Origin: an uncultured virus (IMG/VR IMGVR_UViG_3300046517_000932)
Lineage: Duplodnaviria; Heunggongvirae; Uroviricota; Caudoviricetes
Length of the DNA stretch: 29,312 bases
IMG/VR virus record: IMGVR_UViG_3300046517_000932
Direction: 5' to 3' (one strand)
The position numbers were made by a program, and so were the translations under genes. Below the pieces are notes generated by a model that was not told the DNA's origin, did not search any database, and saw nothing but the letters and a program-made list of their open reading frames with translations. This document shows, in pieces, positions 8,645 to 17,011 of the stretch (position 1 is the stretch's first letter; every line of letters begins with the position of its first letter).

Positions 8645-10419
8645 GGCTCGATGGTGAAGACCGGCAGGCCGAACGACTTTGTCATCTCATCCGCGTCATC
8701 GCCCTCAGCGCCGCCGCCGACGTCGTCCGGATTGACTGCGCCCGCATCGGCCGCGCCAGGTTTGCCAAAATCGCCGCCGGCATCGTTCTGCGCATCAGGC
8801 TTGCCGAACGCCGCCGCGCCCTTGTCGTCCTCGCCATCCTTCGGCGCGCCCGGTTGCTCTTGCCCCGGTTGCCCGAAATCGCCCTCCTCCGGTTGCTGCT
8901 GCTGGTTCACTGCCTGCCAAACCGGGAGGAGCGACGGATTCAACGGCGCCGACCCGATGCCGCCCGGGATCTTCGGGAGATCGTCCTCCGCGCGCATCTC
9001 GTCCCAAGTCATCGTCAGCTTCTTGCGATCCTGCGCGAGCTGCGGATCCTCCTCGTCGAGACCAGTCCACCGGAAAACGTACTTGTCGCCGAATTCCTGC
9101 ACGATAAAGTCCGTGAACAGGTTCTCAAAGTACGCGAGCAGCGGCCGCAGGCCCTTGTCTTTCGAGTTGGCGAGCTTTTCCTCTGTGTCGTTGCCGGAGA
9201 GCGACGACGACGTGCCAGCACTGAACGACTCGAAATTGATCTCGTCCGGACCGATGCCGTAGATCGCGCAGATCAGCGACGACAGGAACGACATCCACTT
9301 TGCGAACATCATCTCGTTCGCCTCGACGCCGAAATTCTCGAACGCCGCGCGCGACTCCTGATCCTTGGACACCATCACCGGCAGCGCCCATTGATTGTTG
9401 ACGCCCTTGACCATCGAATTCCACATGCGTTTGAACGCCGCGACGTCCTGCTCGCTGAAATTACCGGTCAGGTGCAACAGTCCTTTCGGGATCTGATTCG
9501 AGTCGAAATACTTCGTGTTGTACGTGAAGGCATTCAGAAAGCCCGTCACCACGCGCACGAGCAGCTCGGTTTCCGACAGACCATAGCCGCCGATCATCAC
9601 GTCGGTGCGCGGGTTGCGCGGCACGTAGATCAGATCGTCGTACGTGTAGAGCGATCGGATATTGCCCTGCACGACCTGCAGCGCAAAGATCTCGTCGTCG
9701 CCCTGGTAGCCCTGCTCGGTGCAAAGGCGCAGCGTCGCGCCGTCGACCGCGTACATCCCGTCGAGACCCAGGGACTTGTCGCGCTTCCACTCGGTTTCGA
9801 TGCCGGCCGAGTCGAGCGTCAGACTGTCGCGCACCAGTTTCGCCATGAACGACGAGAAGTCATCGCGCTTGAGACGCATCCGTGTGCGCGGCCTGGTCTC
9901 CCAACCGGAATTGAGGAAGAAGTTTTCGAGCAGCGCGATCGACTTTTTGTCGTCCGAGCTCGCATGGCCGTCCGTGTCTTTCAGCGTGATCTTGAAGCCC
10001 GGACCCTTGCCATTCGTCTGCACGCGGCAGAAGCGCTGCACCTGGCGGATCCGCGTCATGATCACCGCGTTCAGGATCGGCGTGCCCTCGACCATCGAGC
10101 GCATGGAGTCGAAACTGAATGCACTCTGTTTCTCGTACCAGTCACCCATCACGCTTACCTGCATGTCGTCCAAGAACACGGACTGCATGCCGGGCAGCTT
10201 CTTTTGCGCCGCCAAGGAGGGATTCGGGATCACGCGCGACGCGCTGAGCGCTTTGCTCATCTCCGTCGCCTCGTACTGATCCTGCATGAACTGAATCAAG
10301 GGAAGCATCTGATCCGGCGACGCGGTAGCCAGCGAAGACTTTTGCAACTCAGCCTGCGCGGCCGTGCGCTCATCCGCTGGCGCGGATCCGGAGAAAGCAA
10401 TGTGGGCGAGATTTTCCAT
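8641..10419 (-). CDS. Phage portal protein
   Basis: VRDSLTLD, YAVDGATLR, PRNPRTD...GYGLSETE, YNTKYFDSNQIPKGLL, ICAIYGIGPDEINF, SKDKGLRPLL and an acidic tail. ATG 10419 preferred over GTG 10425 (see late-promoter finding). Confidence 0.88.
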   Translation of the reverse strand: MENLAHIAFSGSAPADERTAAQAELQKSSLATASPDQMLPLIQFMQDQYEATEMSKALSASRVIPNPSLAAQKKLPGMQSVFLDDMQVSVMGDWYEKQSAFSFDSMRSMVEGTPILNAVIMTRIRQVQRFCRVQTNGKGPGFKITLKDTDGHASSDDKKSIALLENFFLNSGWETRPRTRMRLKRDDFSSFMAKLVRDSLTLDSAGIETEWKRDKSLGLDGMYAVDGATLRLCTEQGYQGDDEIFALQVVQGNIRSLYTYDDLIYVPRNPRTDVMIGGYGLSETELLVRVVTGFLNAFTYNTKYFDSNQIPKGLLHLTGNFSEQDVAAFKRMWNSMVKGVNNQWALPVMVSKDQESRAAFENFGVEANEMMFAKWMSFLSSLICAIYGIGPDEINFESFSAGTSSSLSGNDTEEKLANSKDKGLRPLLAYFENLFTDFIVQEFGDKYVFRWTGLDEEDPQLAQDRKKLTMTWDEMRAEDDLPKIPGGIGSAPLNPSLLPVWQAVNQQQQPEEGDFGQPGQEQPGAPKDGEDDKGAAAFGKPDAQNDAGGDFGKPGAADAGAVNPDDVGGGAEGDDADEMTKSFGLPVFTIEP

Positions 10420-10425
10420 AGACAC

Positions 10426-10441
10426 AGCGTACTGTCACGAC
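10426..10441 (-). promoter_or_regulatory. Putative late promoter of portal (leaderless mRNA)
   Basis: GTCGTGAC-AG-TACGCT, 6 nt, then ATG 10419. Confidence 0.6.
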
Positions 10442-10465
10442 GCGCACAGACGTCGCCGATCACAC

Positions 10466-10494
10466 TTGCTCATTTTTGAGCAACTTGATATAGT
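10466..10494 (+). promoter_or_regulatory. Sigma70-like promoter overlapped by a palindromic operator
   Basis: TTGCTC-17 bp-TATAGT; the perfect inverted repeat TTGCTCA-TTTT-TGAGCAA at 10466-10483 covers the -35 element. Confidence 0.7.
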
Positions 10495-10500
10495 TCGCCC

Positions 10501-10841
10501 GTCCACAAAGACAACCCTTTGGCAGTAACAGCACAAACCACCGTGCTCGACTGGAGTGTTCGTGAAATCTCCCCGGTATCCCGCGCCGGCGTTTGAAGCG
10601 GGACGCTTCGAATCAGTAGTCCTAACGCTATGCGAGGACCATGACGCTTATTTTGTATCTGCTGTCGCTGCTCTGGATCCCAGCGACACAGTTTGTGAGG
10701 CCGAGACCCGTTGCTATGCCGATGCACGGAAGGCCATTAGACCGTAACCCGGCGATACCTATGGATTACGGCTAGTGCAGCGGGGCTCAGCAGAAGGATC
10801 CAGTTTTACGCAACGCCCGCGCCCTAACCCGGCGCGGTTTT
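10501..10841 (+). ncRNA. Candidate ~340-nt structured RNA or attenuator leader
   Basis: No credible ORF; serial hairpins; bounded by a promoter and a terminator-like hairpin. Confidence 0.5.
10817..10841 (+). terminator. Intrinsic terminator-like hairpin
   Basis: CCGCGCC-CTAACCC-GGCGCGG-TTTT. Confidence 0.55.
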
Positions 10842-10857
10842 CCAACAGAAGGACTTG

Positions 10858-11049
10858 ATGGACGAGCAGAACCCGCAGCGCCCGAAGATCGAGGTTGATC
10901 TCGCCGAGTCGGTTATCAGAATTTTCGATCTGGCCGCCGCCAAGGGTTACGACGTCGTCGGCGCAATCGTCGAAAAACTCGCGTTCCCGCCGAACCCGCA
11001 GATCAGGAACCTAGTCGCCAACGTAGCGCGCCGTAAAGAACCATGCTGA
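10858..11049 (+). pseudogene. Short, degenerate MazG-like NTP pyrophosphohydrolase fragment
   Basis: IEVDLAESVIRIFDLAAAKGYDVVGAIVEKLAF resembles the 'EELADxxIRxxDL' half of phage MazG-like proteins; the N-terminal half is absent. Confidence 0.45.
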
Positions 11050-11104
11050 ATAGCATCAAAGTAAGCAGCGCAGCGCCCACCCAATTACACACCAGAGAAA
11101 GACC

Positions 11105-11380
11105 ATGAACCAGAAGAAAGCCAAAGGCCTGCGTCGCGCCGTTCGTGCAGCGTTCGACAAGGATCCGACCGAAGTCGAGACCGACAAGCGGTATCACCGC
11201 CACAACCTGGCGAAATTCGGCCCGGGAGTATTCGAGCACCGCGCGCTGCACATGAATTGCGGCCGCGCGATCTATCAGCGCCTGAAGAAGGCAATCCGCA
11301 CTGGCGTGCTCGTTGCCGATCAATTCACCGCGCCGCGCGCCGTTCGCCGTGCCGAGCTCGAGATGCACCACGCAGCGTAA
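11105..11380 (+). CDS. Hypothetical basic phage protein
   Basis: ORF with a purine-rich RBS, followed by a terminator. Confidence 0.7.
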   Translation: MNQKKAKGLRRAVRAAFDKDPTEVETDKRYHRHNLAKFGPGVFEHRALHMNCGRAIYQRLKKAIRTGVLVADQFTAPRAVRRAELEMHHAA

Positions 11381-11405
11381 GCGGGACCGCCCCAGCATCG
11401 AACAC

Positions 11406-11428
11406 ACCCGGCTCCGGCCGGGTTTTTT
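11406..11428 (+). terminator. Intrinsic terminator
   Basis: ACCCGGC-TCCG-GCCGGGT-TTTTT. Confidence 0.8.
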
Positions 11429-11443
11429 ATACCCGAGACCACA

Positions 11444-12001
11444 ATGACCACGCAACCGAAGCCTAGCGAGACAGCGATCGTCGGCATGCTCACCGACGAG
11501 ATCATCAAACTGCGGGATGAAAACAAGCGCCTGCGCACGACACTCGCCGAGTGTGGCAACGCCGTCGGCGGGATCGTCGGTCCGCAGTGCACGATCGAAT
11601 TCCTCGAGTGCGTCTCCCAGGAGGTGCGCCTAGTCACCGAGCGCCTGCGCCGCGAGCACGCCGCTGCGCACCAGGCCGCCGAACGCGCCCGCGAGGAGCG
11701 CAACCGCGTAGGCGTCGAGATCCGCCGCGAGTGGATGACCAAGACCGCCGACGTCTGCAAGGAGCGCGACCACTGGAAGGCGAACCACGACGCCCAAGTG
11801 TCGCGCGCCCGGTTCCTGATCGAACGCGGCGACATCCCGCTCGAGCGCGTGCGCGCGTATGAGGAGATGGCGGCCCTCAAGGCGTTCCACGCATTTTTCA
11901 ATGACCGTTGCGAAGGCCTGTTCGCCCAATTCGGTATGCCTGCAATCGACGCCTACAACACCGCCGCTACGGGCGCCCTCGCGCCAAAGGATCCGCTATG
12001 A
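11444..12001 (+). CDS. Hypothetical coiled-coil phage protein
   Basis: 185-aa ORF with host-like codon usage; ATGA overlap with the next gene. Confidence 0.75.
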   Translation: MTTQPKPSETAIVGMLTDEIIKLRDENKRLRTTLAECGNAVGGIVGPQCTIEFLECVSQEVRLVTERLRREHAAAHQAAERAREERNRVGVEIRREWMTKTADVCKERDHWKANHDAQVSRARFLIERGDIPLERVRAYEEMAALKAFHAFFNDRCEGLFAQFGMPAIDAYNTAATGALAPKDPL

Positions 12002-12360
12002 GAATCGAGATCACCGACCGCGAGCACTGGCTCGAGCGCGTCAACGCCGCCATCAACCGCATCGAGACCGAGCGCAAGAAGCGCGACATGGAATACGTCG
12101 ACGAGTGGCGCGCGAGCATTTTCGGCGGCCGCCTGCTCATGATCATCAACCCGCACGCCAAACCCGCCCATTGTGTCGACTACCCGTCGATCTACGGCTG
12201 GGACACCTACGGCACGCTGCTCGAGATGCGCGCCGCTCTGCAAAGCATCGGTACCGGCCGGATCTGGTTTGGCGAAGCCGAGATGATTTCGGCCCCTCCG
12301 CTTACTCAAAAAACAGTATCAGTAGAAATTTCACAAAGCGTTATTTTTTCTGTCCGGTAG
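11998..12360 (+). CDS. Hypothetical phage protein
   Basis: Start re-assigned to ATG 11998 (MRIEITDREHW), coupled to the upstream stop. Confidence 0.65.
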   Translation: MRIEITDREHWLERVNAAINRIETERKKRDMEYVDEWRASIFGGRLLMIINPHAKPAHCVDYPSIYGWDTYGTLLEMRAALQSIGTGRIWFGEAEMISAPPLTQKTVSVEISQSVIFSVR

Positions 12361-12372
12361 CGCACGCAAACG

Positions 12373-12401
12373 TTGATCACTTACTCTTTTTTGAGTAATA
12401 T
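12373..12401 (+). promoter_or_regulatory. Promoter with operator in the spacer
   Basis: TTGATC-17 bp-TAATAT; TTACTCTTTTTTGAGTAA at 12381-12398; a weaker copy at 12302-12319. Confidence 0.55.
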
Positions 12402-12454
12402 GCTCACACAGGTCGGGCGCACGGTGCGCCCGCTGCGACACGAGGGACAAGCAA

Positions 12455-12709
12455 GTGAGCACAAGTGAATTTGAATGCGGCGACATCGCATTGATCAAGA
12501 AGGATGGTGAGACAGACCCGTCCAAGTTGCCCGAGTGCGTGATCGTCAGCGGCCCAATCGGCCCGTCGCGCTTCTACAAAGTCGGCATCGCCGGCGGAAA
12601 AACCGATCACTTCGCCGAGCGCGAGCTCATGCACAAACCGAAGCAGGCCGATCGCCTTACGCCCGTCGAGTGGAAGGACTGCGCATGGATCCCGGAGGTA
12701 CTGCGATGA
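12455..12709 (+). CDS. Hypothetical phage protein
   Basis: GTG start after GAGG; ATGA coupling downstream. Confidence 0.65.
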   Translation: MSTSEFECGDIALIKKDGETDPSKLPECVIVSGPIGPSRFYKVGIAGGKTDHFAERELMHKPKQADRLTPVEWKDCAWIPEVLR

Positions 12710-13071
12710 ACCGAGCACACGAACTTTCCGGCGCAGAGCTGGACATCGCCGTCGCGATCGCGCTGGGCGCATCGAAGGGAAAGACCGCAACCGAGAACGT
12801 CATCGCCTGCGGCACGCCCCTTACCTTCCGGTCGAATATGTTCGTTCTCGTCAATGCTGCGAGCGTGTCGGTTCGCTGGCGCCCGACGGTCGACTGGTCG
12901 CAAGGCGGCCCGCTGCTCGGACTCCTGGTGGAAAACGGCTATGTGCTCCTCAAGGCACCGACTGAACCCGTAGGTCTCCTCAAGGGCGGAAACCTGATCG
13001 AGGGTGCGGACGTCCTCGAGGCAACGTGCCGCGCCGTCGTTGAGATGTTTTCGAAGAAGGAAACGGCGTAG
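12706..13071 (+). CDS. NinX/DUF2591-like phage protein
   Basis: ELSGAELDIAVA...WRPTVDWSQGGPLL...ATCRAVV; start at ATG 12706. Confidence 0.65.
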   Translation: MNRAHELSGAELDIAVAIALGASKGKTATENVIACGTPLTFRSNMFVLVNAASVSVRWRPTVDWSQGGPLLGLLVENGYVLLKAPTEPVGLLKGGNLIEGADVLEATCRAVVEMFSKKETA

Positions 13072-13289
13072 TGCAGACCCGCCGGCAGTCCCTGCTCGAG
13101 ACCGTGCTCAATACGGCGATCGGATACCTGATCAGCCTGGCCGCACAGCTCGCCATATTCCCGCTGTTCGGGATCCGCATCCCGTTTCACAGCAATCTGG
13201 CGATCGGCGCCGCGTTCACGGTCGTGTCGATCGTGCGCGGCTTCTACGTTCGCCGCTTCTTCAACTGGTTTCACTCGAGGACAGCATGA
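13071..13289 (+). CDS. Small membrane protein common in phages
   Basis: MQTRRQSLLE...; two hydrophobic segments; ...YVRRFFN. Confidence 0.7.
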   Translation: MQTRRQSLLETVLNTAIGYLISLAAQLAIFPLFGIRIPFHSNLAIGAAFTVVSIVRGFYVRRFFNWFHSRTA

Positions 13290-13678
13290 CACCGCAGCAG
13301 AAGCTCAAGCACCTGATTTTGAACCGCCACGCGGATTTGACGCAGCAGGATACCGTCGAGATCACCGCCGACAACGTCGACGAGCTCTACGACGCGATCG
13401 ATGAACCCTGGGACGCGCGCAGCGAGGTGCGCAGCAGTGGCGTCAAAACCGGCCTGCCGTGCGACTGGTCGCGCCACTACGAGTCGGACGCAGTCGCCGC
13501 CCAGGCGCCGGATGGATCCTGGATCGGCTGGACCTACTGGTACGGCGGAGGCAAGCACGGCGAGCCCGAGGCGATCGACTGGATCGAAGACGCGTACGAC
13601 GTGACCGTCACCGAGGAACCGCGCACGATCATTCACCGGACGTTCACGAAAGTCGAGGTGACGGATGAAGCCGTTTGA
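13286..13678 (+). CDS. Conserved hypothetical phage protein
   Basis: SRHYESDAVAAQAPDGSWIGWTYWYGGGKHGEPEAIDW; ATG 13286 with RBS GAGG. Confidence 0.75.
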   Translation: MTPQQKLKHLILNRHADLTQQDTVEITADNVDELYDAIDEPWDARSEVRSSGVKTGLPCDWSRHYESDAVAAQAPDGSWIGWTYWYGGGKHGEPEAIDWIEDAYDVTVTEEPRTIIHRTFTKVEVTDEAV

Positions 13679-14003
13679 TCTCGAACTCGCCAAGGCAGGC
13701 GATCCGATCCAAGTGATGTATGACGATGCATGGACCGACGCGCATTTCGTCGGCCTCAACAAGATTGGTTATGTCGTTGCGCAGGGAGATTTTCGCTGCG
13801 GTGATCTCTCGACGTGGACAAGCAGTCACGTTCGTATGGCGCCCAAGAAGCGCATCGTGTACGTGAACCTGTATGACCAGGTGAACCCTTTCACTAGCCA
13901 GCTTGGGAAATTTGCTGTGTGGCACGAAGACGAACATACGGCACGGGATGTTTTTGCACGTGGTTGCGTCGCCGTCGCCGTCCCGGTGGAGATCGAGGAA
14001 TGA
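13665..14003 (+). CDS. Hypothetical phage protein
   Basis: MKPFDLELAKAG-type N-terminus; RBS GAGG. Confidence 0.7.
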   Translation: MKPFDLELAKAGDPIQVMYDDAWTDAHFVGLNKIGYVVAQGDFRCGDLSTWTSSHVRMAPKKRIVYVNLYDQVNPFTSQLGKFAVWHEDEHTARDVFARGCVAVAVPVEIEE

Positions 14004-14281
14004 GCAACGAATACCCGATCAGCAGTGTCGCCGACTTTCTGACCATCCCCGAGGACAAGATCGATGCCTGTTTGGCGGACTTCAAATCGTGGATCTCTCT
14101 CGCGCGCCACTCGTCCGCCATCTCGACAATGCTTCAGGCGTGCGCGCCGGCAGAAATCTCGGCGATGTTTGTGACGCACAGTTTCCTCTGGATAGACGAC
14201 GGCGTGCCGGGCCTTCGCCACATTCAGATCACCGACCAGAACGATCACGAGATCGTCCGGATCCCAGTCTCAACAGACTAA
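14000..14281 (+). CDS. Hypothetical phage protein
   Basis: ATG 14000 (MSNEYPISSVADFL) coupled to the upstream stop. Confidence 0.65.
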   Translation: MSNEYPISSVADFLTIPEDKIDACLADFKSWISLARHSSAISTMLQACAPAEISAMFVTHSFLWIDDGVPGLRHIQITDQNDHEIVRIPVSTD

Positions 14282-14373
14282 CAATCTGACTCGCACACCG
14301 CCGCCCGGCACAGCCGGCGCGGCATCTGAAACTGGCCCGCCACACGCGGGCGCACATAGGGCGCAGGAGAATC

Positions 14374-14790
14374 ATGAACGCGAAAGAACTGGCCGCAAAG
14401 CTCGCCGGCGCGACGTACCGCGACGTGATCAGCAAGGAACTCGCAGCCGAGGCGAAGGCCGCCGGCTTGGTCGTCGTCTACGGTCAAAGCGATGATCTGA
14501 TGGAATTCGAAGGCGCGATCTATGACGAGCTGGGCGCATACGACGGCACGACGGCATTCGTCGACGCAAAGGGGCTGCTGCCCGAGCGCGACCAGATCGA
14601 GGAAGACGACGTTCTGAAGGAATTTTTCGCTCGCCAGCCGCACGCCAAGCCGATCCATGCTCTCTGGTGCCCGGATAGTCTTTACTCCTGGACGTTCAAG
14701 ACGGACATTCCGCACGAGACATTCGAGATCACCGAGGACGGCGATCCGTACTGCCGAGGCATCGTTTTCGCACTGGCGGACCTGGCATGA
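14374..14790 (+). CDS. Conserved hypothetical phage protein
   Basis: GLVVVYGQSDDLMEFEGAIYDE...WTFKTDIPHETFEI...YCRGIVF; RBS AGGAG. Confidence 0.8.
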   Translation: MNAKELAAKLAGATYRDVISKELAAEAKAAGLVVVYGQSDDLMEFEGAIYDELGAYDGTTAFVDAKGLLPERDQIEEDDVLKEFFARQPHAKPIHALWCPDSLYSWTFKTDIPHETFEITEDGDPYCRGIVFALADLA

Positions 14791-15149
14791 GCAAATCCCT
14801 TTCCACCCAGGCACAGGCCGAGCTGGGCAACTGGCTGATCAAAGGCGATACCGGCGTGTCGTCGCAGACGATGGCAGCGATCGCACTGGGCGCGACGAAC
14901 CTCAGCTCGACCGGATGGAACGTCGACGCGCCGCATGATCCGGCCGACTTCGGCCGCTGCTACCGCCTGGTGCAGAAGGTGCCCGAGATCCGCGATCACT
15001 TCCCGCGCATCGCCAAGAAGGTGAAGACGTTCGCCGGCATCCTGCACGAATGGGACGCCCTGGTAAGGATCTACGAGCGCGACAAGCCGAAGGGCGAGAG
15101 CACCGAGCTCTATCGCCGCATCAAGGAACTGCGAGGCGACAAGTCATGA
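14787..15149 (+). CDS. Conserved hypothetical phage protein
   Basis: GDTGVSSQTM...PHDPADFGRCYRL. Confidence 0.75.
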   Translation: MSKSLSTQAQAELGNWLIKGDTGVSSQTMAAIALGATNLSSTGWNVDAPHDPADFGRCYRLVQKVPEIRDHFPRIAKKVKTFAGILHEWDALVRIYERDKPKGESTELYRRIKELRGDKS

Positions 15150-15457
15150 AAGTTGGCGACTTCCTTTTTTATACGGGCCTCGTGTCCTTCGTTGCAGCAT
15201 TGTTCTATTGGGCCATATTCTCGGATGGTGCCAAGGAGCGCGCGGCAGAGCGAGCGGCGCAGGAACGCTCGGACGCGACACCGCACGTCATCCGCGAGGC
15301 GGACGGCTGCAAGGTGTATGCGTTCAAGTCTGGTGACTGGCACTATTTCACGCGCTGCACCGACGGCAGCGTGACGACAGAGCGTAATTGGTCGGAGCGA
15401 AATGGAAAGCAGACAGTCCACAAGTCAGAAACGATCGTCACGGAGAACAACCGATGA
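15146..15457 (+). CDS. Membrane-anchored hypothetical protein
   Basis: ATG 15146; N-terminal TM helix; DGCKVYAF...HYFTRC. Confidence 0.7.
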   Translation: MKVGDFLFYTGLVSFVAALFYWAIFSDGAKERAAERAAQERSDATPHVIREADGCKVYAFKSGDWHYFTRCTDGSVTTERNWSERNGKQTVHKSETIVTENNR

Positions 15458-15846
15458 AGACCGCCGAACTGACCGGAGTACTCCTCGACTACTGGGTCGC
15501 GCGCGCCGAGGGACACGAACGCGTCAAGATCATCGGTGCAGGCGAGCGCCTGAATGGCGTGCGAGTCGAGCAGGACACTTGCGCCGCCACTACGCCGGGA
15601 TTCCCCGACTGGTGGCAGCCGTACCACGCAGAGACTTGGCACAACGCCGGCCCGATCATCGAGCGCGAGCTCGGCACCTTCTCTGTCGAGCGAAACGGCA
15701 ACGGCGACCTTGTCTGGTACTGGGCAGACATGGGACGCACGTTGACCCGCTACCGTCTCGGCGGCAAGACGCACCTGGTCGCCGCGATGCGCGCCTATGT
15801 CGCCAGCAAATTCGGCCATGAAGTGCCCGACGAGGTGCCGGCATGA
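15454..15846 (+). CDS. NinX/DUF2591-like phage protein (second paralog)
   Basis: MKTAELTGVLLDYWVARAEG...WHNAGPIIERE...LVAAMRAYVASKFG. Confidence 0.75.
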   Translation: MKTAELTGVLLDYWVARAEGHERVKIIGAGERLNGVRVEQDTCAATTPGFPDWWQPYHAETWHNAGPIIERELGTFSVERNGNGDLVWYWADMGRTLTRYRLGGKTHLVAAMRAYVASKFGHEVPDEVPA

Positions 15847-16025
15847 GCGCCCCCGCTGTCAAGATCGAATGGACTGACGTGTCGCTCGACGACGTCCTGC
15901 GGCACTTCGTGAAAGACTTTGTGTTTAAGGACGGCTCGACGTTGGTCGAGCACCAGGCGTTCGTCGACACCGCAAAGAACCGCGTCGTTTTCAAACTGAC
16001 GACGCGGCCGCCAACAGATACATAA
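15843..16025 (+). CDS. Small hypothetical protein
   Basis: ATGA coupling, RBS GAGG, followed by a terminator. Confidence 0.65.
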   Translation: MSAPAVKIEWTDVSLDDVLRHFVKDFVFKDGSTLVEHQAFVDTAKNRVVFKLTTRPPTDT

Positions 16026-16051
16026 TCTGATCGCAGTTTCCGCAGAGCCAT

Positions 16052-16084
16052 ATGCTGCAGGGGTTTCCGACCTGCGGCATTTTT
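16052..16084 (+). terminator. Intrinsic terminator
   Basis: ATGCTGCAGG-loop-CCTGCGGCAT-TTTT. Confidence 0.7.
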
Positions 16085-16106
16085 CATGGGCGCTACTTGG
16101 ACAACC

Positions 16107-16156
16107 TTGCGCGTTGATCATTTTTGAGTAATACTGCGTTGCTCATTTTTGATTAA
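16107..16156 (+). promoter_or_regulatory. Probable promoter with tandem operators
   Basis: TTGCGC...TAATACT; operators TTGATCATTTTTGAGTAA (16114-16131) and TTGCTCATTTTTGATTAA (16139-16156). Confidence 0.65.
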
Positions 16157-16169
16157 CACACGAGGCTAT

Positions 16170-16595
16170 ATGGACCAAGAAACGCAGTACGCGATTGGAC
16201 GCGTCGAGCACTTCACAAAAACGTGGCGCTTCCAGCGTGCGAATCAGCAGATCGCAACCGTTGAGGACGGCCACGACACGTGCGCCGGCCTGAACGTCTC
16301 CGATCTCGAGGCATTCATCGCGCACCGCGACGCCGCGCTCGCCGCAATGCGGCAGGTGCGCCCTTCCCTCGCGTTCTTCAATCTCGACACGACGCCGATC
16401 GATGCCGTGCTGCCCGATATCGAAACCCCGGCAACCGACGATGAGTCGAGACTCAAGGTATTCGACGCCGCACTCAATGCACTGATCGCCGAGGCGCGAG
16501 CGGCCGGCGTCGTTCTCACCGTCGAGACGAAATCGCTCGAGCCCCTCGCCATGCGCAACTACGAGATGGTCGGATCTGTGAGGCTCGCACGATGA
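16170..16595 (+). CDS. Hypothetical phage protein
   Basis: ATG 16170 after GAGG. Confidence 0.7.
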   Translation: MDQETQYAIGRVEHFTKTWRFQRANQQIATVEDGHDTCAGLNVSDLEAFIAHRDAALAAMRQVRPSLAFFNLDTTPIDAVLPDIETPATDDESRLKVFDAALNALIAEARAAGVVLTVETKSLEPLAMRNYEMVGSVRLAR

Positions 16596-17011
16596 CACAG
16601 CTCTATAGCTACGCCGAGAGCGCAACCGCCGAGCGCTTCCACGGCCAGTTTGATTCAGTCGCGGCCGCGATCGCCGAGGCGCTTAGCGAGTATGCGCCGA
16701 ATCAGGACGACCGCGTCGTCTACGTCGGCGAGAACGAGCCTTTCGAACCGGACTATGACTCGCTCGCCGAGGACATCGTCGAGCGGATTAGCGAACAGGC
16801 CTACGACGAAGTTGGCGAAATAGCTGACACGATCGGCCCGTTCAGCGAGAAGGAAATGCAGCCGCTCGCCGACGCGATCAAGGCATGGGTCGGCGCGCAT
16901 GCCGGTATCTCGTGCTGGAAGGTCGAAAAGATCAAGTCATACGGCCCGGGCGATGCCGACTACGAGGCCGCGCGCAACATGCTGAAAATCTCCGGCGAGG
17001 TGACTCAATGA
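16592..17011 (+). CDS. Hypothetical acidic phage protein
   Basis: ATGA coupling on both sides. Confidence 0.75.
   Translation: MTQLYSYAESATAERFHGQFDSVAAAIAEALSEYAPNQDDRVVYVGENEPFEPDYDSLAEDIVERISEQAYDEVGEIADTIGPFSEKEMQPLADAIKAWVGAHAGISCWKVEKIKSYGPGDADYEAARNMLKISGEVTQ

Noticed and set aside
6300..10479. Plus-strand ORFs 6300-7379, 8219-9262 and 8854-10479
   Set aside because: Antisense shadows of the head morphogenesis and portal genes.
10501..10841. Retron msr-msd or intron interpretation of the structured regions
   Set aside because: No reverse transcriptase or maturase in the window, no interrupted host gene, and no recognisable group I/II core by eye.
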